From Candidatus Multivoradales bacterium (GTDB lineage Bacteria > Acidobacteriota > Thermoanaerobaculia > Multivoradales > Multivoraceae), in the NCBI GenBank assembly GCA_965223325.1, contig CBDCWI010000002.1, forward strand, positions 928,001 to 992,000: 64,000 nt of DNA, written 5' to 3'. The translations under genes were made by a program, and so were the position numbers. Below the pieces are notes generated by a model. The model saw only the letters and a program-made list of their open reading frames with translations, did no database searches and was not told where the DNA came from. Below, piece by piece: positions 46,973 through 55,704 of this stretch (within the stretch, counting starts at the first letter, position 1; every line of letters begins with the position of its first letter).

Positions 46973-47149
46973 GAATCCATTTCCCGGTAGTTTCCGCAGC
47001 CGTCTACGGGTTCGCCGGGTCTTGCCAGGCCCTCCGGAAGCCACGCGACTGGCCGCCGCGCTTCGCTAACATCCGAGGCCCTCATGCCTGCCAGGATCGA
47101 GACCAGAGCCAACCTTTGTTGCGCTCACCGCCGCGCTGCTGTGCCTCTG

Positions 47150-47673
47150 CTCGGGGAATCTGCGCGGGCGGCGGGTGTTGGAGCGCTCTGTGAGTTTCGA
47201 CACGGGAACATACTGACGTTGGTCGATGCGGTCGAACCATCAGATGTCGTCATCTTTGCGGCTCTCGGTGACACGCTGGGCCCCCTTGACGAGACGATTC
47301 GTATCCTCCGACGGTTTGCGAAGCCAGACGGCGTCGTACTGGTAAGCGACAGCTACATTCGCGAAGGCGAAGGTGAGTTCCCCGGTTCGAGAACTACGTC
47401 GACCGCAGCGAATCGATCCGGCGTCTCACATCGTGCGGCGACGATCTGATTCGCGAGGTCGCAGAACCGGCCGACCCTGAGGGCAAAAGTGGCGACTATG
47501 AAGCCTCTTTGATACGGGCCAGGGCAGAAAGCGTTGCCGCGAAACATCCCGAACTTCGGCAGGATCGCTTAGCTTACGCATTAGCACAGGCGGCTGAGTA
47601 TGACTTTCTACAGAACAGTTTCGTCGGGACGCTTTGGGTCCTCCGACGGTCTCAAGATCTAGTTGGGAAGTGA
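47150..47673 (+). pseudogene. Class I SAM-dependent methyltransferase C-terminal remnant (frameshifted)
   Basis: GVGALCEFRHGNI..DVVIFAALG..KPDGVVLVSDSY; frameshift near 47385 continuing ENYVDR...GTLWVLRR; no N-terminal motif I. Confidence 0.6.
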
Positions 47674-47969
47674 GGGCGCCGCCGGACTAGGTCGGTCGCG
47701 TCACTCTCTCTTGACCTCCGGTGAGATTCCTTTCAGCCCACCGAGCGCGATGCCCGCTGCCCGAACTACCGGCTGCACGGTGCCCCCCGCTGCACGGTGC
47801 CCCACACCACCGCGGAGCCCGCGAGTCGAGTTCGACTGGTGTGTTCGCGAGGTGGCACAAGCTCTTCCTGCACGTGTCGGCCGATCATGTGGTTATGTTC
47901 ACTCTCGGCAGCATCACTCTCGGCAGCATCGCGCTCGCCCCTTGAGGGATAAGCTGGTCCTGCATGAGG

Positions 47970-50624
47970 TCAGCCGCTCGATAGCACCTGCTCGACGTCG
48001 TTGGCCCGAAGGGTCGCACCGGTTCGTCCGAAGAAATCGCGGGCGGCCTCGAGGCACTCTGCTCGGTATTCGACCAGCGGTATCGGCTCGCGCAGTATCG
48101 GTAGCGAAGCGTCCCACAGTCTCTCCGCCTCGTGGTCCGCGCCTCGGCCCGCGAGAGCTCTGGCGATCCGGCAGCGTGCGATCGCCGGGACGTAGTGCCC
48201 GTCCGGGAGCGTCTTCCTGAGTACATCGAGCGCCGCCCGGCCTCGGCGCTCGGCGGCTGCCCACTCCTCGCGCTCGAGATGAATGCCGGTCAGGGAGAGC
48301 AGGGGGAAAGCGTTCTTATGGGCATTGGGCGGATAGAGCTCGCGGAAGATGGCCGCGGCGCGCTCGTGCATGCCCTCGGCCTCGTCGAGACGTCCTAAAG
48401 ACGCCAGTGCAGTACCGAGGTTTTGAAAGGCGTCCCCCGCCATGTCGCTCACCTCGCCATGCACGCGCACCCTCGCTTCGACGAGCCGACGGTAGAGCCG
48501 CTCCGCACCCTCGTGTTCGCCGGCGTACGAGCGGGCCACCGCCAGGTTGTTGACCGCGACGAGAGTCATCCGGTGATCCGGTCCGAGCTGCTCCTCCAGT
48601 CCCTCGATGACTTGCGCGAAGTGCTGGTCTGCCTCTCTGTAGCGCTGCACGACGCCCAGCGACTGAGCCAGCCCCATACGGGCCAGTAGCGTCGGCACTG
48701 AGGTCTCCCCGGATTGCTGGCGCCTCAGCTGCCATGCCTTCTCGGCCGCCGAAACGGCGCGCTCAGACTCGCCCAACCGGCGCAGCACGTCCGAGAGAGT
48801 GCGCTGTGCCTCGGCCATGAGCTCGACTTCGAGGGATCCTCGGGCATCGAGCTCGAGAACCTCGATGAGATGGCGCTCCGCCGCTGGCAGCTCGTAGCGC
48901 GTGTCTTCGATCGAGGCCAGGTCGACGAGGGCCCACGCCAGCTCCGATCGGCGCGATGCGGGGAGCTCGCGGGCCAGCTCGAGGCGTCGCTCGGCCAGCC
49001 CTAGAGCCACGTCCATCTCGTCGACTTCGGCTTGAAGCTGGGCGAGCCGGCCGAGGCTCTCGAGCGCCTCGCGGCTGGACGCACCTCCATTCGCGGAGCG
49101 CCAGTCGGTGACTTCGCGTCGCAGGGGCAGCGCACGCTCCGGTGTTCCGAGGTTCTGGTAGACGTCGGCAATCGCCTCCAGCAGCACGACCCGCAGCTCG
49201 GGTCGGTCTACAAGCTCCTCGCGCACCCGCAGGAGCCCGACGTCGAGCGCCTCGACCACCGTGATGCGTCGCCCACGCTCGGGATCGGCGGGCGCATAGG
49301 GATCGGCGCTCTCGAACAGCTCGACCAAAAACTGCTGGACTTCTTCGGCACGTCGTGCTTCTCGCTCGGCGGCGTTTCTCTGCTCGGTGAGCTCACGGTT
49401 GTGCTGGGTGACCGTGACAAGATAGGCCAGGGTCGACACCAGCACCACCAGCGAGGCCGGCGCCAGCCAACGGTGGCGCTCCGCTGCCTTGCGAGCCCTG
49501 TACGACCAGGTGTCGGGGCGCGCGGAGATGACGTGGCCCTTCGAATGGCAGCGTATGTCCTCGGCCAACTGTTCGACCGAGTCGTAGCGCCGCTCCGGCT
49601 CGGGCTGGAGGGCGCGGTGCAGGATGGTGTCGAGGTCCCCGCGCAATCGTCTACGAAGCGCCGAAACCGACGACGCGCGCCGGTCGGCCGCCGTTCTCGC
49701 TTTATCGTCGTGGCCGAGAGCGGCGCTGGCACGCTCGGGATCGCCGTCCGGGCGCCCCCGAGGTCGGCGGCCGACCAGCAGCTGAAAGAGCAGGATGCCG
49801 AGCTGGTAGACGTCCGTCGCTGTCGAGATGGGCTCGCCGCGCAGCTGTTCGGGGCTTGCGACCTCGGGAGTGAAAAGCCGTTGGCCAGTTCGGGTGTCGT
49901 GACGGCTTTCGTCGTCGAGGAGCTTGGCGATACCGAAGTCGAGCAGCTTGACCCTCCCGTCGGCAACCAGGATGTTCGACGGCTTCAGGTCGCGATGCAC
50001 GACCAGCCGGGCGTGCGCGGCACGCACTGCCTGGGCCACTTCGACGAACAGCCGCAAGCGCGCATCGACGCCGAGTCGCAGCCGGTCGCAGTGCTCAGTG
50101 ATCGGACGGCCTTCGATGTACTCCATGGCGAGGAACGGGCGGCCGCCTTGGCTCACACCGGTGTCGTAGAAGCGCGCGATGCCGGGATGGGTCAGCGCGG
50201 CGAGAATGTGACGCTCGCGTGCGAAGCGGCGAATCACGTCGTCAGTGTCTACGCCTCGCCGCAGGACCTTGAGCGCGGCACGCTGTTCGATGCCGTTTTC
50301 TCTGCGTACGCCGAGGTACACGGTCCCCATGCCTCCTCTCCCGATCTCGCGCTCGATCCGGTAGGCGCCGAGCACCTCAGGAATGTCTTCGCCGAACAGC
50401 GCCTGGGGGCCGGTCGTCAGAAGCTCGGCAGGAAAAGCTTCGAGTCGCTCGGAAGATCCCTCGAGCTCGAGCAGCGTGGTGAGCAGCTCGAGGAGCTCAC
50501 GGTCGCCCTCAGAGCGACACTCGAGGAACGCTCGGCGCTCCTCTGGCGCCAACTCGAGAGCCGCTTCCAGAAGCGGGTCGATCTCCGCCCAGCGAGCCCA
50601 GACCCGGGCGCTCCGCTCAGCCAC
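47970..50624 (-). CDS. Membrane Ser/Thr protein kinase with C-terminal TPR repeats
   Basis: Motifs GRGGMG, HRDLKPSN, LLDFG and SPEQ; TM helix; TPR-like repeats. Confidence 0.95.
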   Translation of the reverse strand: MAERSARVWARWAEIDPLLEAALELAPEERRAFLECRSEGDRELLELLTTLLELEGSSERLEAFPAELLTTGPQALFGEDIPEVLGAYRIEREIGRGGMGTVYLGVRRENGIEQRAALKVLRRGVDTDDVIRRFARERHILAALTHPGIARFYDTGVSQGGRPFLAMEYIEGRPITEHCDRLRLGVDARLRLFVEVAQAVRAAHARLVVHRDLKPSNILVADGRVKLLDFGIAKLLDDESRHDTRTGQRLFTPEVASPEQLRGEPISTATDVYQLGILLFQLLVGRRPRGRPDGDPERASAALGHDDKARTAADRRASSVSALRRRLRGDLDTILHRALQPEPERRYDSVEQLAEDIRCHSKGHVISARPDTWSYRARKAAERHRWLAPASLVVLVSTLAYLVTVTQHNRELTEQRNAAEREARRAEEVQQFLVELFESADPYAPADPERGRRITVVEALDVGLLRVREELVDRPELRVVLLEAIADVYQNLGTPERALPLRREVTDWRSANGGASSREALESLGRLAQLQAEVDEMDVALGLAERRLELARELPASRRSELAWALVDLASIEDTRYELPAAERHLIEVLELDARGSLEVELMAEAQRTLSDVLRRLGESERAVSAAEKAWQLRRQQSGETSVPTLLARMGLAQSLGVVQRYREADQHFAQVIEGLEEQLGPDHRMTLVAVNNLAVARSYAGEHEGAERLYRRLVEARVRVHGEVSDMAGDAFQNLGTALASLGRLDEAEGMHERAAAIFRELYPPNAHKNAFPLLSLTGIHLEREEWAAAERRGRAALDVLRKTLPDGHYVPAIARCRIARALAGRGADHEAERLWDASLPILREPIPLVEYRAECLEAARDFFGRTGATLRANDVEQVLSSG

Positions 50625-51219
50625 GCTCGGCGGCGCTCCCGAGCGTTGGAACCGAGTCGGCGGCCAGCGAGTGCAGGAGGTAGAGACGCGCTCTTCTCCA
50701 CTGGCGTTCTACCGTGCGCTCGGACACCGCGAGTGCCTCGGCAATCTCCCGCTCGGTCAGTCCTCCGAAGAACCGGCACTCGACGATCCGCGCCATGCGC
50801 TCATCGAGCGTCGCCAGCCGCTCGAGGGCCTGGTGGAGCGCCAGCAGCTCGAAGGCGCGATCCTCGATGGCCCCGCCCTCCGTCGGCAGGGAGACCTCGA
50901 TCTGCCCGCCGCCTCGCTTGAGTGCGGTCCGGCGCCGGGCGGCGTCCACCAGGACTCGACGCATCACCTTGGAGAGGAGAGCGAAGAACTGAGGGCGACC
51001 GCGCCACTCGGGTCCGGTCGAGGAGGCGATACGCAGATACGTCTCGTGCACGAGAGCCGTCGTGTCGAGGGTGCGATCCTTGGGTTGGCTGCGGAGCTGG
51101 TGGCGGGCCAGCATCCTCAACTCGTCGTAGAGGAGCGGCATGAGGCGATCGACCGCGGACTGGTCTCCGCGCTCCCACTGTTTGACGAGGCGGGCCAGGC
51201 AATCGGTCTCTGAAGGCAT
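50617..51219 (-). CDS. ECF sigma factor (TIGR02999-type, kinase-associated)
   Basis: Motifs LYDELRMLA, TLDTTALVHETYLR, VECRFFGGLT and VSERTVERQW. Confidence 0.93.
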   Translation of the reverse strand: MPSETDCLARLVKQWERGDQSAVDRLMPLLYDELRMLARHQLRSQPKDRTLDTTALVHETYLRIASSTGPEWRGRPQFFALLSKVMRRVLVDAARRRTALKRGGGQIEVSLPTEGGAIEDRAFELLALHQALERLATLDERMARIVECRFFGGLTEREIAEALAVSERTVERQWRRARLYLLHSLAADSVPTLGSAAERG

Positions 51220-51493
51220 CTGCGAAGACATGACACCTCGGGGAGCCCCCGAGCCCGGAGGACTTGCGGCCAGGGGGCGGCTCGAACACACAGTGCAGGG
51301 CCCGCCAGCTTAGCAGGCAGCCCAACGATAGGACGTGTCGGGTTCTGCCGATGGAATGCGATTGGTTCTATGGAGGGCGTCTGCGCGCCGACTCGTGGCG
51401 CCACGAGCGCTCTCCGGTCCGGAGGTGGCGACCTCGACGCTCCGGGCCGCTCGAAACCGCGGGTTTTCCACTCTCGAATCCTGGAGGCTATCC

Positions 51494-52930
51494 ATGTCGC
51501 TCATCCACTCCTCGATCGCCGCTGCTTCTTCGCTCGGACCCTCAGCCGTCCGTATTGCCGGACTGGCTCTCATCGCGTGTCTCTTTGTCCTCCCGGCAAC
51601 CGCCCAGGATGCCCGCATCGTCGACGCGAGGCCCGAGCAGTGGATCGACGGTCCAGACCTCGTACAGCCGGGCAGCGGTCGCAACGAGCCCGACGTGGCG
51701 GTCGACGCTCGACGGCGAGCCATCCACGTCTGGCATGCCTTCGGGGATGAGCTCGGCAACCGAAACGATATCTTCCTGCGTCGTATCGGGCCCGACGACG
51801 TTCCGCTCGAGGATCCGAGAATCGTCAACACGACCATCGAGGACGACCAGCTGCGTCCGCGCGTCGCCGTCAATTCCAACGGCTGGTTCTACGTCGTCTG
51901 GCAGAGTGACGAGTTCGACGCAGGAGCCGAAGCCGATCGCCGCTGGGTGCGAGGCCAGCTGTTCGATTCGGAAGGTCAGCCGCACGGCTCGGAACACCTG
52001 GTGAGCCACCTGTCACCCGGCAACACGACCGGCAACAACGCGCGGGTCGCCGCTCTCGACGACGACTCGTTCGTCGTGGTGTGGGACTCCCGCGCTTCGT
52101 TGGGCAGCGACTCTCAGCCCTGTATGCCTGGCGGTGTTCCCGATGGCTGCGATACGAAGAGCGTCCAGGCCCGCCTCGTCGGGTCCGACGGCACGCTGCT
52201 CGGGGATCAGTTCCAGGTCAACCTGGCGGTCGACGGATGGCAGCACGAGCCCGCCGTTGCCGGAACGGCAGACGGCGGCTTCCTCGTCGTATGGCACAGC
52301 CAGAACTCGATCGGTAGCGATTCGAGCAGCTTCTCGGTCCAGGCCCGGCAGTTCAACTCGAACGGATCACCTTCGGGGAGCGACTTCCAGGTCAACACCA
52401 CAACGACCGGAGCTCAGTACCGGCCGGAGATCGCGCGCACCACGGTCGGGTCTCTGCTCGTAGTCTACGAGTCGCCCAACGCTGCCGGAGATCGCTCGAG
52501 CATTCGAGCGCGACACTTTGGGACCGACGTCAATCCGACCGGCAACGACTTCCAGATCCCCACCTCCAATTCCGCGGACGATCACTTCGAGGCGGAAGTC
52601 GCGGGAATGTACGAGAACTTCCTGGTCGCCTGGAGGCCCGACGTCGGCGTCGGCACCGATCCCGACCGGTCGATCAATGCCCGCATCGTGCGCGGATCGA
52701 ACCTGTTCACAGGCGCTGAGTTCCAGGTCAATACGTTCGAGGACACCGCCCAGGGGCAAGTCACACTCGGCGGTCGGCCCGACGAGGTCGTCTTCACGTG
52801 GCGAAGTGCAAGCAACCCTCTCGAGAACGACGACTCGATCCGCGGGCTGGGCATGCTCTTCTGCGAGCTGTTCTGCGACGACTTCGAGACCTCCGACCCC
52901 AGCCGGTGGGACGCCGCCGTGACCCCTTGA
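51494..52930 (+). CDS. Secreted repeat protein (FQVN repeats) with a C-terminal LFCDDFE motif
   Basis: Signal peptide; repeated (E/D)FQVNT..Q..P.VA...FxVxW units. Confidence 0.85.
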   Translation: MSLIHSSIAAASSLGPSAVRIAGLALIACLFVLPATAQDARIVDARPEQWIDGPDLVQPGSGRNEPDVAVDARRRAIHVWHAFGDELGNRNDIFLRRIGPDDVPLEDPRIVNTTIEDDQLRPRVAVNSNGWFYVVWQSDEFDAGAEADRRWVRGQLFDSEGQPHGSEHLVSHLSPGNTTGNNARVAALDDDSFVVVWDSRASLGSDSQPCMPGGVPDGCDTKSVQARLVGSDGTLLGDQFQVNLAVDGWQHEPAVAGTADGGFLVVWHSQNSIGSDSSSFSVQARQFNSNGSPSGSDFQVNTTTTGAQYRPEIARTTVGSLLVVYESPNAAGDRSSIRARHFGTDVNPTGNDFQIPTSNSADDHFEAEVAGMYENFLVAWRPDVGVGTDPDRSINARIVRGSNLFTGAEFQVNTFEDTAQGQVTLGGRPDEVVFTWRSASNPLENDDSIRGLGMLFCELFCDDFETSDPSRWDAAVTP

Positions 52931-52949
52931 ACGACCAGAGCGTGACGAT

Positions 52950-53240
52950 CTTGTCCCGACCGTCGATGCTCTTCTTCCCCGATGGGTCGCGGAAGAGAAA
53001 AAGGAAATCCGTGCGGTCCGACGGCCTGGCGATTGTGCCAAGTGTAGCGTCGCGATGTGCGGATGGGACGAAGAGCTAGCGCGCCTGCCTGTGAAGTACT
53101 GGCGCGTGCCCAGGAGATCTCTCGCGGCTCTCACCTTCTTCGAGTAGACGTAGGCCATCGGGAAGTTCCCGCCCGCAAGCTACCGCGAGGGTACGCTTCC
53201 CAACAGACCCTCAGCGATCTTCAATCGGATGGAGCAGACG
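52950..53240 (-). pseudogene. IS110 family transposase remnant
   Basis: LAGGNFPMAYVYSKKVRAARDLL resembles the post-DEDD region of IS110 transposases; contains stops and frameshifts. Confidence 0.55.
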
Positions 53241-53375
53241 GCAACGAGCTGCCGTGGCTCATCCTCGTTGGGTTAGACTGCCTTGGGGTTCGGCGCGATT
53301 GGCGAGCCCATTGAACTAGGATCTCTGGCAAAGGCCCTCACGCGCCAACCAGCATGATCAACCAGGACGCGAGCC

Positions 53376-54170
53376 ATGAGTGCCCCCTTCGTTCCACGCG
53401 TCGGCGGAATCCTGAGCGCCGACATCGCCGTTCCCGAGCACGAACGCGTCGTCCGCTTCTACTCACGTGTACTCACCACGGGCGAGAATCCGCTCTGGCG
53501 CGGGGATCTCATGAATAGCCGAGGCACGCCGATCATCGGCTTGGGCGCGCGCAGCCCAGAGTACGCAGACCTCCCGCTCCAATGGATGCCGCACATTCAG
53601 GTCGCAGATGTGGCAGCCAGCGTGCAGCGCACGCTCGATCTGGGTGGGCATGAGCTCATGCATGGAAGGGACGACGATGGTAAGAGCCAGTGGGCGGTGT
53701 TGCTCGATGCGAACGGGGCGGCATTCGGGATCATCCCAGTCGTTTCAGCAGATGCGATTCCTCCAACCGGGGGCGCATCGCGCGAAGCCGCGGCGCCTGT
53801 GGGTTGCATCTCTTGGCTCGACCTGACCGTCCCCGACGCGGCGGCAACCTGCGACTTCTATCGACAGGTCGTTGGTTGGTCGGTGCAGGACGTCGAGATG
53901 GCGGACGCAGACGAGCGCTACGCCGACTACAACATGTTGGGTGACGATGGGAACCCTGCGGCGGGAGTCTGTCATGCGCGCGGCGTGAATCTGGGTCTGC
54001 CGCCTGTCTGGATGATCTACCTTCCGGTTGGTGACCTCGCCGAGAGTCTCCGTCGCGTACGAAAGGAAGGGGGTAAGGTCATCAAGGCGACACAGGGGAG
54101 GGATGGGGAGGTCGCCTATGCGGCTGTTGAGGATCCGGTGGGGGCGTGCCTGGCGTTGGTACCGGGTTAG
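53376..54170 (+). CDS. VOC (glyoxalase/bleomycin resistance) family protein, two domains
   Basis: Motifs WMPHIQVADV, WLDLTVPD..FYRQVVGW and DPVGA. Confidence 0.9.
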   Translation: MSAPFVPRVGGILSADIAVPEHERVVRFYSRVLTTGENPLWRGDLMNSRGTPIIGLGARSPEYADLPLQWMPHIQVADVAASVQRTLDLGGHELMHGRDDDGKSQWAVLLDANGAAFGIIPVVSADAIPPTGGASREAAAPVGCISWLDLTVPDAAATCDFYRQVVGWSVQDVEMADADERYADYNMLGDDGNPAAGVCHARGVNLGLPPVWMIYLPVGDLAESLRRVRKEGGKVIKATQGRDGEVAYAAVEDPVGACLALVPG

Positions 54171-54442
54171 ACGGGTGCAGCGGTCTGGCAAGGCTGTTGA
54201 GCAGCCTCGGAACGGCCTCTCTTGACCCTTGTCGTTTCCGCCTATCTTCGTGCCGATGGTTCGGTATCTCCAGGCCGACGGCCCCGAGACAATGGCGGGT
54301 TCTGAGAAGTGGCGCGGTGAGTTCTACGGGGCCGCAGAGATGCGCGCCATCCGCGGCGCCTTCGCAACAGCGTCTAGTGCGCCTCTGCGTGGCTCTACAG
54401 GAACATCATGGAGGCTGCGGCGGTATCGTTGCGGTGATCGCT

Positions 54443-54525
54443 GTCGAACAACCACGTGTACTGGGCACAAGCCCGCGTTCGCTTCGCTCGCTCGGATCTG
54501 TACCGGTGACGTTCGTCCGCTAGGT
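54443..54525 (+). other. Degenerate attC-like site, homologous to 43047-43131
   Basis: GTCGAACAAC...CTCGCTCGG...GTGACGTTCGTCC-GCTAGGT aligns end to end with the first site; core GTT is mutated to GCT. Confidence 0.6.
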
Positions 54526-54551
54526 CGCCCAGCTTTGATTGAGGACTGCCA

Positions 54552-54660
54552 CTGAGTTGGGAAACTGCTGGAACGATCGCGGACCTGGTCGCCGCTGTAG
54601 CTGTCGTCGTCTCGCTGATCTATGTCGGGATTCAGATTCGACATAACGCGCGCTCTGCCA
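54552..54660 (+). pseudogene. Truncated cassette gene (N-terminal TM segment only)
   Basis: RBS GAGG, CTG in the start position, SWETAGTIADLVAAVAVVVSLIYVGIQIRHN running straight into the next attC. Confidence 0.5.
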
Positions 54661-54739
54661 ACAATGTCGTTGTAGCCGACAGCAACCCCCCTCCGCTTCG
54701 CTCCGGCGGTCTTCCGCGGCTGAGCTTGGTGCGTTGGCT
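54656..54739 (+). other. attC-like site
   Basis: TGCCAAC ... GTTGGCT complementary ends, about 84 bp, internal CGCTTCGCT loop and GCTGAGC L-box-like element. Confidence 0.65.
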
Positions 54740-55056
54740 GGCGGAGTCGGCTGGTCGCTTGCTTCAGACGCCGGGATGGTGCTCGCCTTCCGGTTCATTA
54801 CCTCGACAAGAGCCGAGGCCGCAGCAGACTGGAGGGTTCTTCAAGTCGAGCGCACGAGAGGGAGCGCCAGCTAGCGACCCGGTGAACTCGACATGAACCT
54901 GCCACCGGTCGATGCGCCTGGCTCAGAACCACGTTGGAGTATCGTGGCGAAGCGCTCCGCCGACTCGGCCGCGGTCCTTGCGCTTTGGTCGAGCGTGGAT
55001 ACCTTGGGAGCGGATTTGTCTCCACCGCTACGGTTTTCGACAAGGAGCGAGACCCA

Positions 55057-55452
55057 GTGAAAGATATCTCTGGAATCGATGAAGACGGTAACCCTAAGAA
55101 TGGCCCCTTTCAGCTGTTCTTCAAGAACGGCCTTGTCTCCTGCGAGGGTGAGTTCGACAACGGAAAGAAGTCAGGAAAGTGGAAGTACTTTCTCAACAAC
55201 GGCCAGATGCAGTCCTCCGGCAGCTTCAAGGACGGAAAGATCGTTGGTCGGTGGAAGTGGTTCTTCAAGAATGGCGAACCGCGGGGAACCGGCGGCTTCG
55301 ACGATGAAGAGAAGAAGCACGGTGTATGGAAGCGGTACCACGCCAATGGCCAACTCTGGGACGAAGGTCGCTTCGAACACGGCAAGAAGAGGGGCACCTG
55401 GAAGGTCTACAACGAGGCCGGCGAGCTCGTAGAGACCAAAACCTTCAAGTAG
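55057..55452 (+). CDS. MORN-variant repeat (YwqK-like) protein
   Basis: RBS AAGGAG with GTG start; repeated GxWKxxxxNG units. Confidence 0.85.
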   Translation: MKDISGIDEDGNPKNGPFQLFFKNGLVSCEGEFDNGKKSGKWKYFLNNGQMQSSGSFKDGKIVGRWKWFFKNGEPRGTGGFDDEEKKHGVWKRYHANGQLWDEGRFEHGKKRGTWKVYNEAGELVETKTFK

Positions 55453-55514
55453 TGGAACCGGCGTCTCCGCCTATCACTCTTCGTTCGCAAGCGATTTCAG
55501 TCGACCGGTTGGGC

Positions 55515-55680
55515 CTAGTACCCCGTACCATTGAACCGCACAGCGTCTGAGCGTTCCTCGCACTCGATCTCTGCGTTGTCACTCCTCGACAGATCACCAA
55601 TATGCCTGCGTCGTGACGCCTTGATATCGAGCACGATCATCCACTCAGTCACTATCCGTTCCAATGGTACGGGGGCCTAG
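55515..55680. mobile_element. CTAG-flanked MITE-like element
   Basis: Perfect 13-bp IR CCCCGTACCATTG (55521-55533) / CAATGGTACGGGG (55662-55674); CTAG on both sides; non-coding interior. Confidence 0.7.
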
Positions 55681-55704
55681 TATTGTTTGCAATCCACTCC
55701 CGAC

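Noticed and set aside
49032-50921. 629-aa plus-strand ORF
   Set aside because: Antisense shadow of the kinase and ECF genes.
54192-54208. AGGCTG-TTGAG-CAGCCT palindrome as an IS end or scar
   Set aside because: Too short to distinguish from a simple terminator hairpin after the VOC gene.
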